In this document: positions 31,107 through 41,609 of the stretch, piece by piece
Numbering within the stretch: position 1 is the first letter of the stretch
How the letters are laid out: each line of letters opens with the position of its first letter
NCBI GenBank assembly: GCA_963841735.1
Contig: CAWJDT010000001.1
Location: forward strand, 768,001-832,000
Reading direction: 5' to 3'
Length of the DNA: 64,000 nt
Source of the DNA: an uncultured Actinomycetes bacterium
GTDB taxonomy: Bacteria; Actinomycetota; Thermoleophilia; RBG-16-64-13
Made by a program: the position numbers and the translations under genes
The notes under the pieces: model-generated
Told to the model about the DNA's origin: nothing
The model's database searches: none
Seen by the model: only the letters and a program-made list of their open reading frames with translations

Positions 31107-32434
31107 CAGTCCTCTTGGTCGTCGTCTCCGCGCTTCGCGCTCTCGGCGTCCTCGAGCTCGGAGTCTCTGCCGGCTTCAAGGTCGAGGCGGGTGAGGAGCA
31201 CCCGGCCGATACGCATGCCGTCTACTTCGAGTACTTTGGCGTCGAAGTTGCCCACCCGGACTTCGTCGTCCACTCGTGGCCGCCGCTGCAATTGCTCGAA
31301 GACGCGGCCTCCCAACGTGGGAAAGCCCTCCTCGGGCACCCGCAATCCCAAGGTCTCCTCCAGGTACTCGACGCGCGCGGCGCCGTCGACCGAATAGGCG
31401 CCGTCGTCGCGCTCTTCGACCTGTGGCGCCTCCTGGTCGAACTCGTCCTGCACTTCGCCGATGAGCTCCTCCACTATGTCCTGGATGGTGACGATGCCGG
31501 CTGTGCCCCCGTGCTCGTCCACAACGATAGCCAGGGGGGTGCGGGTGCTCTGAAAGCGTTGGAGCGCCAGCTCGATATTGGAGGTCTCGGCGATGAAGCC
31601 TACGGGCCGCAGCAGGCGCCGAAGGGTGGCGTCCGGAGAGGCTCTGTACAGATCCTTCACGTGCACGTACCCCACGATGTTGTCCACGTCTTCTTCGAAG
31701 GCGGGGTAGCGAGTGTGGTTGGTCTCGGCGATCTCCTCGATGGCCCGAGAGACGGTGAACGAAGTGGGCAGGGCGGCCATCTCTGTACGGGGGACCATGA
31801 TTTCGGTCACCGTTTGGTCACCGAAGGTGAGGGCCCGGCGCATGAGGGTCTGTTCAACCTCGTCGATGTGGCCCACTACCTGGCTGGCCTCCAGGATCAT
31901 GCGAAGCTCCTCCTCGGAGTGGGCTAGGTCGCGCTCGGAAGCCGGCTGGATGTGAAAGAGCTTGAGAAGGCCCGCGGCAGATATATACATGAGCCAGGTC
32001 ACAGGCCGGGTGATCAGGTAGAACCAGCGGAGCGGCACGGCGATCAAGAGCGTGGAACGCTCGGCTTTGCGGATGGCCACCGACTTTGGCACCAGCTCAC
32101 CGAAGATTATGGTGATGAAGGTGACAAAGACAAAAGCCACGATGGCGGCCGCCGTGCGATTCATCGCCAAGTCGAAGATGCGCGTGAACGCCGAGGCCCC
32201 CAGCCAGCCAAGGCCTAGGCTGGCCACGGTGACCCCCAACTGGGTGGCTGAAAGATACGCATCGAGATGGTTGACGATGTGGTCGGCGACCCGCGCTCGG
32301 CGCTTGCCCTCGGCCGAAAGTTCGGCTATCCGGGTGTCGCGCACTTTTACGATGGCAAACTCGGCCACCACGAAGAAAGCGTTCACAACCACCAGCAGAG
32401 CGACGCCAATGATCTCAAGAGCTGTGGTGTTCAT
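31106..32434 (-). CDS. hemolysin/CNNM-CBS-CorC family membrane protein
   Basis: NAFFVVAEFAIV, GELVPKS, IMVPR, VVDEHGGTAGIVT. Confidence 0.92.
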   Translation of the reverse strand: MNTTALEIIGVALLVVVNAFFVVAEFAIVKVRDTRIAELSAEGKRRARVADHIVNHLDAYLSATQLGVTVASLGLGWLGASAFTRIFDLAMNRTAAAIVAFVFVTFITIIFGELVPKSVAIRKAERSTLLIAVPLRWFYLITRPVTWLMYISAAGLLKLFHIQPASERDLAHSEEELRMILEASQVVGHIDEVEQTLMRRALTFGDQTVTEIMVPRTEMAALPTSFTVSRAIEEIAETNHTRYPAFEEDVDNIVGYVHVKDLYRASPDATLRRLLRPVGFIAETSNIELALQRFQSTRTPLAIVVDEHGGTAGIVTIQDIVEELIGEVQDEFDQEAPQVEERDDGAYSVDGAARVEYLEETLGLRVPEEGFPTLGGRVFEQLQRRPRVDDEVRVGNFDAKVLEVDGMRIGRVLLTRLDLEAGRDSELEDAESAKRGDDDQED

Positions 32435-32603
32435 AGTCGGCCCGTATGGGAGACGGGCATGGGCCCTAAGCGGAGACGGCGGGGATCATCGAGCGTATCC
32501 ATTTCGCTGTCCAAGGATAGCATAAGGCATCCACCCGCCCTCTGGCGCAATGCTGCCGAGATGCTGCCAAAACGCGTAGGCGGGTCCCGTCTGGTGGGGC
32601 CGC

Positions 32604-33566
32604 TCAGGTGTGCTTGCAGGTCGCCGAGAGCACGGGCTCCAGTAGCCCCCAGGCCTCCTCCGCCGTCTCTACGAATGAGAAGATGTCCGGGTCGTCGGGC
32701 CCGATCACGCCCTCATCGACCATCGCGGCGAAGTTGACCACCCGTTCCCAATACTCGCGTCCGAACAGCAGCACCGGTATGGGCTTGATCTTGCCGGTCT
32801 GGATAAGGCACAAGACCTCGAACAGTTCATCAAAAGTGCCGAATCCTCCGGGAAAGACCACCAGGGCTTTCGCCCGCATCATGAAGTGCATCTTTCTCAG
32901 GGCAAAGTAGTGGAAGTTGAAGCAAAGATGGGGAGAGATGTACTCGTTGGGCTTCTGCTCGAAGGGAAGCACGATGTTGAGGCCTATGCTGTCGGCGCCT
33001 GCGTCGTACGCGCCCCTATTGGCAGCTTCCATGACGCCGGGCCCACCGCCGGTGACCACGACGACTTTGTAGCGGTTGCGCCGAAGACCGCAGGCATTCG
33101 CCTCTGTCCGGTCGCCCGGCATGCCGGAGATCAACTGTCCCAGCCGGCGGGCTTCGTTATAGAACCTGCTCTTCCCCACGAGAGCCCGGACGGTGCGCTC
33201 TCGGCGGACGGCCTGAAGGTCATCGGGGTTCTCGCCAGCAGCCCGCGTGGCCTCGGCGAGAAGAGCGGCCGCTTGTTCGGGGCTGGGGATGCGGGCACTA
33301 CCGAAGACGACCACCGTGGATGTGATGCCGCGGTCGCGCTGGAGGATCTCGGGCTTCAGGTATTCCAGTTCCAGCCGGGCAGGGCGGAGCTCATCGCGCA
33401 GCAGGAAGTCCGTGTCGGCAAACCCCAACTTGTAGGAGGGCGAACTTGTCTGCGGCGTCTCGGGATCTAGGCGGATGTGGCGGCTGTCCTCTTCGGCGGA
33501 GGGGAAATGTCTCATTTCCTCCCCATATTCGGGGATCGGCTGCCGGGTGGGCCTGCGTTCTTCCAT
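32604..33566 (-). CDS. LOG family protein (TIGR00730-like)
   Basis: TGGGPGVMEAANRGA, FPGGFGTFDE. Confidence 0.9.
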   Translation of the reverse strand: MEERRPTRQPIPEYGEEMRHFPSAEEDSRHIRLDPETPQTSSPSYKLGFADTDFLLRDELRPARLELEYLKPEILQRDRGITSTVVVFGSARIPSPEQAAALLAEATRAAGENPDDLQAVRRERTVRALVGKSRFYNEARRLGQLISGMPGDRTEANACGLRRNRYKVVVVTGGGPGVMEAANRGAYDAGADSIGLNIVLPFEQKPNEYISPHLCFNFHYFALRKMHFMMRAKALVVFPGGFGTFDELFEVLCLIQTGKIKPIPVLLFGREYWERVVNFAAMVDEGVIGPDDPDIFSFVETAEEAWGLLEPVLSATCKHT

Positions 33567-33707
33567 AGATTACTGCTCCTTGTCCGTCGCCGTTAGGGGG
33601 GGACCGGATGACGACGATCATACTGCAAGCGCTCCCGCGCGGCGACTCTGGGGTATCTTGGTGAAGAGCGGTTGAGTCGCCGTACCCCACTGAGCAAGGG
33701 GCGCCAG

Positions 33708-34367
33708 TTGCAGATTCTCATCATTGAGGACAATCGGACGCTCGCCGTGAATATTCGACGGTATCTCGAATTGGAGCACTACGCGGCTTCCGTCAGTCTC
33801 AACGGTCTGGACGGGCTCGGTAGGGCCCTCTCCGAGGCGTACGACTGCATCATTCTTGACCTGGACCTGCCTGGGCTACACGGTCTAGAGGTATGTCGGC
33901 GATTGCGGGCCGCGGGCAGCAACTCACCCATTCTGATCCTCACGGCCAGCGGCGCGAAGCCGGATATAGTCCGGGGCCTTGACGCCGGCGCGGATGACTA
34001 TCTGGTCAAGCCGTTCGACATGGAGGAGCTGCTGGCTAGGGTGCGCACTCTGGTGCGTAGGCGGGGTACGACCTGCAGCCCCCTGCTTACAGCGGCTGAT
34101 GTGACCGTCGATAGCAACACCCACGAAGTCCGGCGTGGCGGTGTCACAGTGCATCTGGCGCCCAAGGAGTATGCCCTGCTGGACTACCTGATGCGCAATC
34201 TTGGTGTAGTCCAGGATCGACGCACCATCGTCATGCATGTTTGGGGAGAGCACAGCGCCCTGATCCCATATCAGACAGTGGATGTGCACGTGTCATATCT
34301 GCGGCGCAAGTTGGGCAACAACCTCATTCGCACAGTGCCCGGCAAGGGCTACTTCGTGCCGGCTTAG
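33708..34367 (+). CDS. OmpR/PhoB-family response regulator
   Basis: IIED, ILDLDLPG, GADDYLVKPF, VDVHVSYLRRKLG. Confidence 0.92.
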   Translation: MQILIIEDNRTLAVNIRRYLELEHYAASVSLNGLDGLGRALSEAYDCIILDLDLPGLHGLEVCRRLRAAGSNSPILILTASGAKPDIVRGLDAGADDYLVKPFDMEELLARVRTLVRRRGTTCSPLLTAADVTVDSNTHEVRRGGVTVHLAPKEYALLDYLMRNLGVVQDRRTIVMHVWGEHSALIPYQTVDVHVSYLRRKLGNNLIRTVPGKGYFVPA

Positions 34368-34373
34368 TCGGCC

Positions 34374-35567
34374 GTGTTTAGGCGTCTCCGTTACAAGATC
34401 GCTCTGCAGTTCACCGCTCTGGTGTTCGTATTGATGCTGGTGGTCGGCAGCGTGTATATCGGGGCGCAGTACTTCAGTACGCACCGCTCCACCAGCGATC
34501 AACTGCGCAACGACGCGGCGCTGATCCAGCTGGAAATCGCAGAGACGGGGTCGACAGACAGTGACGATCTGCTGACCATAGCCGGGAGCGCGGACGGCGC
34601 TTCCGTGCGCGTTTACACGGCGCAGGGCGACGTCCTGTTCGCCGGCGATCTGTTCGGGCGTATTTCCGCTCCCATGCAGCCCGATGCGGTGGCCCGCTTT
34701 CTCACCGTCAAAGGCTCCACGGGCTACTACCGGTTGTACCAGGTGCCGGTGATCACGCAGGGCGGCACGACTCTGTACGTCCAGATCGCGCGACCGGAGC
34801 GTATCGATATGCATGAGCTGCCGGGTGAGGTGCTGCTCTTCCTGGCGGTAAGCCTGATCATCACGTCGCTCACGTTCTTGTTCGGGCTTGTGTTCGCAAG
34901 GCGGAGTCTTGCGCCGGCCGAGGCTATGCTCGGCCGCCTGCGGCAGTTCACGCATGACGCCAGTCACGAGTTGCGCACGCCGCTGGCCGCGGCCAACTCG
35001 TCGCTGGATCTGGCCATACGCACCGGCGATTACGTAGAGGAGATCCGCGCGGCCAAGCGGGAGCTGCAACAGGGCTCGCGGTTGATCGAGCGGCTGCTGC
35101 AACTTGCTGACCTAGACGAACTGGCGTTGGTGCCCGAGCCGGTGGACCTGTCTGGGCTTGTGCGCGAGGAAGTGGCCCAGCACCAGGGGGCCGCGGCTGA
35201 TGCCGGGGTCGAACTCCGAAGCGAGGTAAGCGATGGGCTGGTGGTGCACTGTGATGAATCCCTGGTTCGCCAGCTCTTGGACAACCTATTGGCCAACGCC
35301 ATGAAGTTCACCCCCGCCGGCGGCTCGGTGTCGGTGGAACTGACCGCCGGTCACCTGTCCGTTTGCGACACCGGAGTGGGCATCCCGGCGGCTTCGCTCC
35401 CCCATGTGTTCGAGCGCTTCTATCAGGCGGAGACCTCTCGATCTGGAGAGGGTTCGGGGCTCGGCCTCGCCATCGTGGCGCGCATCGTCGAGACGCACGG
35501 CTGGACGATGCGGGTAGATAGTCGCGAGGGAGAGGGAAGCGTCTTCACCGTCGATCTCTCTTTCTGA
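34374..35567 (+). CDS. sensor histidine kinase
   Basis: DASHELRTPL, NLLANAMKF, DTGVG, GSGLGLAI. Confidence 0.93.
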   Translation: MFRRLRYKIALQFTALVFVLMLVVGSVYIGAQYFSTHRSTSDQLRNDAALIQLEIAETGSTDSDDLLTIAGSADGASVRVYTAQGDVLFAGDLFGRISAPMQPDAVARFLTVKGSTGYYRLYQVPVITQGGTTLYVQIARPERIDMHELPGEVLLFLAVSLIITSLTFLFGLVFARRSLAPAEAMLGRLRQFTHDASHELRTPLAAANSSLDLAIRTGDYVEEIRAAKRELQQGSRLIERLLQLADLDELALVPEPVDLSGLVREEVAQHQGAAADAGVELRSEVSDGLVVHCDESLVRQLLDNLLANAMKFTPAGGSVSVELTAGHLSVCDTGVGIPAASLPHVFERFYQAETSRSGEGSGLGLAIVARIVETHGWTMRVDSREGEGSVFTVDLSF

Positions 35568-35574
35568 GCCACTG

Positions 35575-35609
35575 TCTTAATCTGCTCTTAAGGCCCCGCG
35601 GCGCACAAT
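35575..35609 (+). promoter_or_regulatory. OmpR-type direct-repeat box (TCTTAA-N5-TCTTAA) plus -10-like CACAAT
   Basis: TCTTAA at 35575-35580 and 35586-35591 (11-bp period), directly after the two-component genes. Confidence 0.5.
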
Positions 35610-35612
35610 GGC

Positions 35613-35975
35613 ATGGTCGTGGACGGCCCGGTCCGTGGGCTGCGAGTGAGGTGGGAGGCCGCCTTGGATGCCGGAGCAAGATCAGAGAGAGCCAGAACCA
35701 TCCGTCAGGATCTTGGCTTCGTCGTCAGCATACTGTTGCTGCTCGCGGTCATGGGAGCTGCTCTCACCGGTATGGCCGGAGAGGAGGAAGGGTTCTTCGG
35801 TCTGGGCGACGATCTGCATAGTTTCGCCGGATGGAGCACAGTCATGCTCGTGGTGATCCATGTCCTTCTGCGCATGGGGTGTATGGCTCGGTACGCGAAA
35901 CGCAGGCTGCGCCGCCTCCTGGGCGTGGGCAGTGTCGTGCAATCCGGTTGTGATGAGAGCCAGGAGGCGAAGTAG
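35613..35975 (+). CDS. small His-containing membrane protein (DUF4405-like)
   Basis: TM helices with LH...W...LVVIH pattern. Confidence 0.55.
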   Translation: MVVDGPVRGLRVRWEAALDAGARSERARTIRQDLGFVVSILLLLAVMGAALTGMAGEEEGFFGLGDDLHSFAGWSTVMLVVIHVLLRMGCMARYAKRRLRRLLGVGSVVQSGCDESQEAK

Positions 35976-36629
35976 TTGGACTTCGGTTCTCTTGGCTATA
36001 TTCTCGACCCCGCGGGTCTTCTATCTGATCTGCTGGGCCACATGGGTGTCTGGGTCTACGCGATCATCTTCGTCATTGTGTTCGCCGAGACTGGGTTGGT
36101 GTTCGCCCCATTTCTGCCGGGAGACTCTCTGCTTTTCGCGGCGGGTGCTCTTGCCGGCACGGGGCAGCTGGATCTCTGGGTCGTCACTGTGATCGTGGTG
36201 GGGGCCGCAGTGGTGGGCGACGGAGTAAACTACGCGGCCGGAAGGCTCTTCGGCAAGGTGATCGCGGCACGGACGGGGCGAATCATAAAGCGTCGGCATA
36301 TTGAAGCGGCCGAGGGTTTCTACGAGCGACACGGCGGCAAGGCACTTGTACTTGCGCGTTTTGTGCCCGTGGTCCGTACGTTCGCCCCCTTTGTGGCCGG
36401 TATGGGTAAGATGCCCCTCCGGCGTTTTTGGCTCTTCAATTGGCTGGGAGCGCTCAGTTGGACGGCCGTTTTCGTCACTGCTGGCTACTTCTTTGGGAGC
36501 CTACCTTGGGTCGAGCGCAATCTGACTCTTATGGTTCTACTTATCGTGGTTGCTTCTGTGATGCCGGTTGTAGTCAAGGCCGGACTTCATAGGCGCGGTC
36601 TGCGCCAAGCTGCAAAACAGAACGTCTAG
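35976..36629 (+). CDS. DedA family protein
   Basis: FAETGL..PFLPGDSLLF, LARFVPVVRTFAPFVAG. Confidence 0.92.
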   Translation: MDFGSLGYILDPAGLLSDLLGHMGVWVYAIIFVIVFAETGLVFAPFLPGDSLLFAAGALAGTGQLDLWVVTVIVVGAAVVGDGVNYAAGRLFGKVIAARTGRIIKRRHIEAAEGFYERHGGKALVLARFVPVVRTFAPFVAGMGKMPLRRFWLFNWLGALSWTAVFVTAGYFFGSLPWVERNLTLMVLLIVVASVMPVVVKAGLHRRGLRQAAKQNV

Positions 36630-36648
36630 GAAAGGAAAGGAACGGGCC

Positions 36649-36972
36649 ATGGATTGTCCGGTTTGCGGAGAGAAACTCAGGGAGATCGACCGATACGGCG
36701 TGACGATAGATATATGCCCGGGCTGCAAGGGCTGCTGGCTCGATCGTGGGGAGTTGGAGAAGATCGTCGCGATGGAGGAAGCAGAAGCTAGGCCGGCCTC
36801 AGGCGAGCGCCCCGCGCCCCGCGATTCCGTCGACCGTTCCCACGACTACGACCGCAAGAAGGACGACGACCACTATGACCGTGGCAGCCGGAGCGGCGAG
36901 GGCGGATACAGCAAGCCGAAGAAGCGCAGCTCTCTGCTCAGCGACATTCTTGGGAGCCTGGGCGGCGAGTGA
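36649..36972 (+). CDS. zf-TFIIB domain protein
   Basis: CPVC...IDICPGCKGCWLDRGELEKI, KKRSSLLSDI. Confidence 0.85.
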   Translation: MDCPVCGEKLREIDRYGVTIDICPGCKGCWLDRGELEKIVAMEEAEARPASGERPAPRDSVDRSHDYDRKKDDDHYDRGSRSGEGGYSKPKKRSSLLSDILGSLGGE

Positions 36973-39608
36973 AGACTGAGATGGTGGAAGATCCTCAAGG
37001 CCTCACCTCCTCAGAGGCAGCCGAGCGGCTGCGAGCGGAGGGGTACAACGAGCTCCCGTCGACTTCGAAGCGGGGGTTCCTGCGCATAGCGCTCGGCGTG
37101 GCTCGGGAGCCGATGTTCCTCCTTCTGGTGTTCGCCGGGGCTTTGTACGCTGCCCTGGGTGACCTGCAGGAGGCCATCATGCTGCTGGGCTTCGTGTTTG
37201 TGGTCATGGGCATCACCATTTACCAGGAGCGCAAGACGGAGCGCGCCCTCGAGGCTTTGCGCGACCTATCGAGCCCCCGCGCTCTGGTGATACGCGACGG
37301 GCAGCAAATACATGTTCCCGGCCGGGAGGTCGCGCGCGGCGACATAGTGCTCATCGCCGAAGGTGATCGCGTACCCGCGGACGCTGTGCTCCTCTCATGC
37401 AGTGACCTACAGGCCGACGAGTCACTGCTCACGGGCGAATCGGTGCCGGTTCGCAAGATGCCCCGCGAAGGCCTGGCCACCGAGGAGTCGGTCCGGGTGC
37501 GACCTGGCGGAGACGATCTGCCCAACATCTTCTCGGGCACCCTGATCGTGCAGGGCCAGGGAATCGCTGAAGTCACCGCGACCGGGCCCAAGACCGAGAT
37601 GGGTCTCATCGGCGTGGCTCTCGAGAACACCGGCGAAGAGAAGACCCAACTGCAGCGGCACAGCGCGCGCCTCGTGCGCAACATGGCCTTGGTGGGACTG
37701 TTGGTGTGCGCCTTGGTGGTGGTCATCTACGGGCTCACCCGCGGTCATTGGCTGGACGGCCTGCTGGCCGGACTCACTTTGGCCATGGCCACCTTGCCCG
37801 AAGAGATCCCGGTGGTGCTCACCATCTTCCTGGCCCTCGGAGCTTGGCGCATCAGCCAGAAGCGCGTCCTCACCCGCCGGATCCCCGCTGTGGAATCGCT
37901 GGGCTCCGCCACGGTGCTGTGCGTCGACAAGACCGGGACGCTGACTCTCAACAAGATGACCATCGCGCGCCTCCACTCCGCCGGGCGCTTCTTCGAGGTG
38001 TCGCCGGAGACCGAGGACGCGGAAGAGCCGGGTGCGGTCGCCGCAAACGATCCTGATCAGGGGCTGCCTGCTCTGGGTGAGCCAGCCTACGAGGATTTCC
38101 ATCAACTGGTGGAGTACGGAATCCTGGCCAGCGAGCTCAATCCGTTCGATCCCATGGAGAAGGCGTTCACGCGTCTGGGCGAGCGCTACTTCAAAGGCAC
38201 GGAGCATCTCCATGGCGACTGGGCCCTCGTGCACGAGTACCCGCTGTCGCGGGAGCTGCTGGCCATGTCTCACGTCTGGAAATCGCCGGCAGGCGACGCC
38301 TACGTCATCGCGTCCAAAGGAGCGCCGGAGGCCATAGCCAATCTGTGTCACCTTGACGAAGCGCAGCTGGCGGAAGTCTCGCGGTCCATAGACGCTATGG
38401 CCGAGGATGGACTAAGAGTGCTGGGAGTGGCACGGGCTCTTCACAGCGGAAGCGAGTGGCCCGGCGCGCAGCACGACTTTGATTTTGAATTCCTGGGCCT
38501 GGTCGGTCTCTCCGATCCGCCGCGCGCGTCGGTGGCTCAGTCACTCAAGGAGTGTGCCACCGCCGGCATCCGCGTGATCATGATCACCGGCGACTACCCC
38601 GGCACTGCCCGGGCGATCGCCCGCCGCATCGGCTTGGGACCGGTAGAAGTGGTCATCACCGGTCCGGAGCTGGACGTCATGAGCGACTCCGAGCTCCAGG
38701 AGCGCATCGGCGACTGCAATATCTTCGCCAGGGTGGTGCCTGAGCAGAAGCTGAAGCTGGTCCAAGCGCTCAAGGCGCGCGGCGAGCTGGTTGCCATGAC
38801 CGGCGACGGAGTCAATGATGCGCCCGCTCTCAAGGCCGCCAACATCGGAGTGGCCATGGGGCAACGCGGCACCGACGTAGCCCGCGAAGCCGCCTCACTC
38901 GTTCTGCTTGACGACGACTTCTCTTCGATCGTGGCCGCCGTCAGGTTGGGCCGCCGTATATTCGATAATCTCAAGAAGGCCGTCGCCTACATCTTCGCCG
39001 TACACACGCCCATCATCGGTCTGACCCTCATCCCACTCGCCCTGCGCTGGCCGCTGATCTTCTCGCCGGTGCACGTGGTGTTCTTGGAGCTCATCATCGA
39101 CCCCGCGTGCTCGGTGGTGTTCGAAGCGGAGCCCGAAGAGAAGAACGTGATGACTCGCAAGCCTCGTCAGGTAGGCGAGCCTCTGTTTGGCCGAAAGGTC
39201 CTGGGGATCAGCGTCCTGCAAGGAGCAGTCGTGCTCGCCATCCTGGTGGCGGTGTACGCCATCGCCCGGGGGCGCGGCCAGAGCGACGATCAGGCTCGGG
39301 CTCTCACCTTCACAGCGCTGGTAGTGGCCAATCTGGCCTTGATCCTCACCAACCGCTCGTGGAGTCGCGGCTTCATCAGCACACTGAGGACTCCCAACAA
39401 AGCATTGTGGTGGGTGCTCGGGGGAGCGGTCGTGCTCCTAGGTCTTGTTCTCTATATCCCGGCCTTGCGTCAGTTGTTCGGCTTCGGCGTGCTGCACGCC
39501 GCCGACATCTTCATATGCCTGGCCGCGGGCGTGGTGAGCGTCGCCTGGTTCGAAGGCCTGAAGGCCATCAAGGCAAAAAGGGAGCGCGCCGCGGAGTCCC
39601 TGGCATAA
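36969..39608 (+). CDS. cation-translocating P-type ATPase (P2-like)
   Basis: LTGES, PEEIP, DKTGT, KGAPE, TGDGVND. Confidence 0.95.
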   Translation: MKTEMVEDPQGLTSSEAAERLRAEGYNELPSTSKRGFLRIALGVAREPMFLLLVFAGALYAALGDLQEAIMLLGFVFVVMGITIYQERKTERALEALRDLSSPRALVIRDGQQIHVPGREVARGDIVLIAEGDRVPADAVLLSCSDLQADESLLTGESVPVRKMPREGLATEESVRVRPGGDDLPNIFSGTLIVQGQGIAEVTATGPKTEMGLIGVALENTGEEKTQLQRHSARLVRNMALVGLLVCALVVVIYGLTRGHWLDGLLAGLTLAMATLPEEIPVVLTIFLALGAWRISQKRVLTRRIPAVESLGSATVLCVDKTGTLTLNKMTIARLHSAGRFFEVSPETEDAEEPGAVAANDPDQGLPALGEPAYEDFHQLVEYGILASELNPFDPMEKAFTRLGERYFKGTEHLHGDWALVHEYPLSRELLAMSHVWKSPAGDAYVIASKGAPEAIANLCHLDEAQLAEVSRSIDAMAEDGLRVLGVARALHSGSEWPGAQHDFDFEFLGLVGLSDPPRASVAQSLKECATAGIRVIMITGDYPGTARAIARRIGLGPVEVVITGPELDVMSDSELQERIGDCNIFARVVPEQKLKLVQALKARGELVAMTGDGVNDAPALKAANIGVAMGQRGTDVAREAASLVLLDDDFSSIVAAVRLGRRIFDNLKKAVAYIFAVHTPIIGLTLIPLALRWPLIFSPVHVVFLELIIDPACSVVFEAEPEEKNVMTRKPRQVGEPLFGRKVLGISVLQGAVVLAILVAVYAIARGRGQSDDQARALTFTALVVANLALILTNRSWSRGFISTLRTPNKALWWVLGGAVVLLGLVLYIPALRQLFGFGVLHAADIFICLAAGVVSVAWFEGLKAIKAKRERAAESLA

Positions 39609-39635
39609 ACCTCACGCTTGGAGCCGACCCGGGGG

Positions 39636-40997
39636 CTACGCGCCCCCGGTGTCCTCCTTGCGGAGGTCGACCACTCGCTGAGCTTTGCCCTCGCTGCGCT
39701 CGATGGAGCCAGGTTCCTTGAAGGTCACCTTGGTATTGATGCCGATGATGTCCTTGATGTTCTTCTGGATGTCGCCCTTGAGAGCCACCAGAACATCGTG
39801 TTCGGTGAATGTCGTGACGTCGTCAAGAGAGAGCATGGCCTCCGAGACCTCTTTGTGGAGGCTGGGTTTGATCTCCACCTGCACTTCCATGTTGTCCATG
39901 GCGCCCTTGCGGGTGACGATGAGACGGTAGTGAGGCTCCACCTGGGGCGACATCAACAGCACCGACTCAACCTGGCTGGGGAACACGTTGACTCCGCGGA
40001 TGATGAGCATGTCGTCGGTGCGGCCCGAGACGCGGGCCATGCGCACGGTGGTGCGTCCGCAGATGCAGGGCTCGGGGTTCAGAGTGGTGATGTCGCCCGT
40101 GCGGTAGCGGATAAGGGGGAAGGCTTCCTTGGTGAGGGTGGTGAACACCAACTCGCCCTGCTGCCCGTAGGGAAGCACCTCGCCGGTGTCCGGGCTGATG
40201 ATCTCGGGGAGGAAGTGGTCTTCGTTGATATGCAGGCCGGACTGGGCCTCCACGCACTCACACGAAACGCCGGGGCCCACGATCTCGCTCAGACCGTAGA
40301 TGTCGCAGGCTTTGATGTTCCACTTGGCCTCGATGTCCCTGCGCATGGCTTCCGACCAGGGTTCGGCTCCGAACACCCCTACCTTGAGCGGCAGTTTGGT
40401 GACATCCATGCCCACCTGCTGGGCCACGTCCCATAGGTAGATGGCGAAGCTGGGAGTGCAACAGATGACAGTGGTGCCGAAGTCCTGCATGAGCATGAGT
40501 TGCCGCTGGGTGTTGCTGCCCGAGATAGGGATGACCGACGCGCCCAGTGTCTCAGCTCCGTAGTGCATGCCCAGGCCGCCCGTGAAGAGGCCGTAGCCGT
40601 AGGCCACCTGGACGACGTCCTCGTCGGAGGCGCCGACGCCGGCCAGCGTGCGGGCCGCGACGTGGGCCCACATGTCGATGTCGTTCTGGGTGTAGCCAAC
40701 AGTTGTCGGCTTGCCTGTGGTGCCTGACGAAGCGTGGATGCGCACCACTTCTTTGAGCGGGGTGGCGAACATCTTGAACGGGTAGTTGTCGCGCAGGTTG
40801 TACTTGCGGGTGAAGGGGAGACGGGTGAGGTCGTCCAGCCCGCGGACGGATTCGGGGGCGATTCCGGCCTTATCGAGCAGGTCTCGATAGAAGGGCACCT
40901 TGTCGTAGACCCTCTTTACCAGGGCGCTCAGGCGCTCGCCCTGCAGCTGCCTCATGTCGTCCCGGCTCATGCACTCGTGTTCACGGTCGAAGATCAC
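39636..40997 (-). CDS. paaK: phenylacetate-CoA ligase
   Basis: [42 protein letters not shown]. Confidence 0.92.
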   Translation of the reverse strand: MIFDREHECMSRDDMRQLQGERLSALVKRVYDKVPFYRDLLDKAGIAPESVRGLDDLTRLPFTRKYNLRDNYPFKMFATPLKEVVRIHASSGTTGKPTTVGYTQNDIDMWAHVAARTLAGVGASDEDVVQVAYGYGLFTGGLGMHYGAETLGASVIPISGSNTQRQLMLMQDFGTTVICCTPSFAIYLWDVAQQVGMDVTKLPLKVGVFGAEPWSEAMRRDIEAKWNIKACDIYGLSEIVGPGVSCECVEAQSGLHINEDHFLPEIISPDTGEVLPYGQQGELVFTTLTKEAFPLIRYRTGDITTLNPEPCICGRTTVRMARVSGRTDDMLIIRGVNVFPSQVESVLLMSPQVEPHYRLIVTRKGAMDNMEVQVEIKPSLHKEVSEAMLSLDDVTTFTEHDVLVALKGDIQKNIKDIIGINTKVTFKEPGSIERSEGKAQRVVDLRKEDTGGA

Positions 40998-41072
40998 GGT
41001 TGACTCCCCTTATACTCGCGCACCCTACCGGGCGATGGTAGCACGGGACCGGAGTCTCACTCACTGTGACTA

Positions 41073-41514
41073 CCGGCTCAGGCCGGTGCCTGCCGACTCG
41101 GCACTCGCCGGGGTTGCCCTTTGCTTCGCTCGGGCGGCAAAAGCCTCGCTGGCAGACACCGACCTGAGCCGGCACCCTCCGCCCAGCGGCGCCGGTCCCG
41201 CGCTTCCCGCGCGGTAGATGGTTTTCGGTGAGGGGTGCCTGCCGACTCGGCACTCGCCGGGGTTGCCCTTTGCTTCGCTCGGGCGGCAAAAGCCTCGCTG
41301 GCAGACACCGACCTGAGCCGGCACCCTCCGCCCAGCGCGCCAGTCCCGTGCTTCCAGCACGGTAGATGGTTTTCGGTGAGGGGTGCCTGCCGACTCGGCA
41401 CTCGCCGGGGTTGCCCTTTGCTTCGCTCGGGCGGCAAAAGCCTCGCTGGCAGACACCGACCTGAGCCGGCACCCTCCGCCCAGCGGCGCCGGTCCCGCGC
41501 TTCCCGCATGGTAG
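41073..41514. repeat. ~2.9 tandem copies of a 148-149-bp GC-rich structured repeat
   Basis: Unit starts GGTGCCTGCCGACTCGG at 41085, 41234 and 41382; the first copy is bounded by a 20/22 inverted repeat (41073-41094 / 41151-41172). Confidence 0.95.
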
Positions 41515-41609
41515 CTGTTCTCTCTGAGGGGGCTTCTCCGCACACGCGGCTGCTTGTCAACCCAAGGTCTGATTACAGGGCGACGTCTATTCGTGTGACC
41601 CTGGCGACG

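Noticed and set aside
41085-41514. CRISPR array or attC cluster
   Set aside because: Units are ~148 bp, contiguous and near-identical, with no unique spacers, no cas genes and no paired RYYYAAC/GTTRRRY boxes
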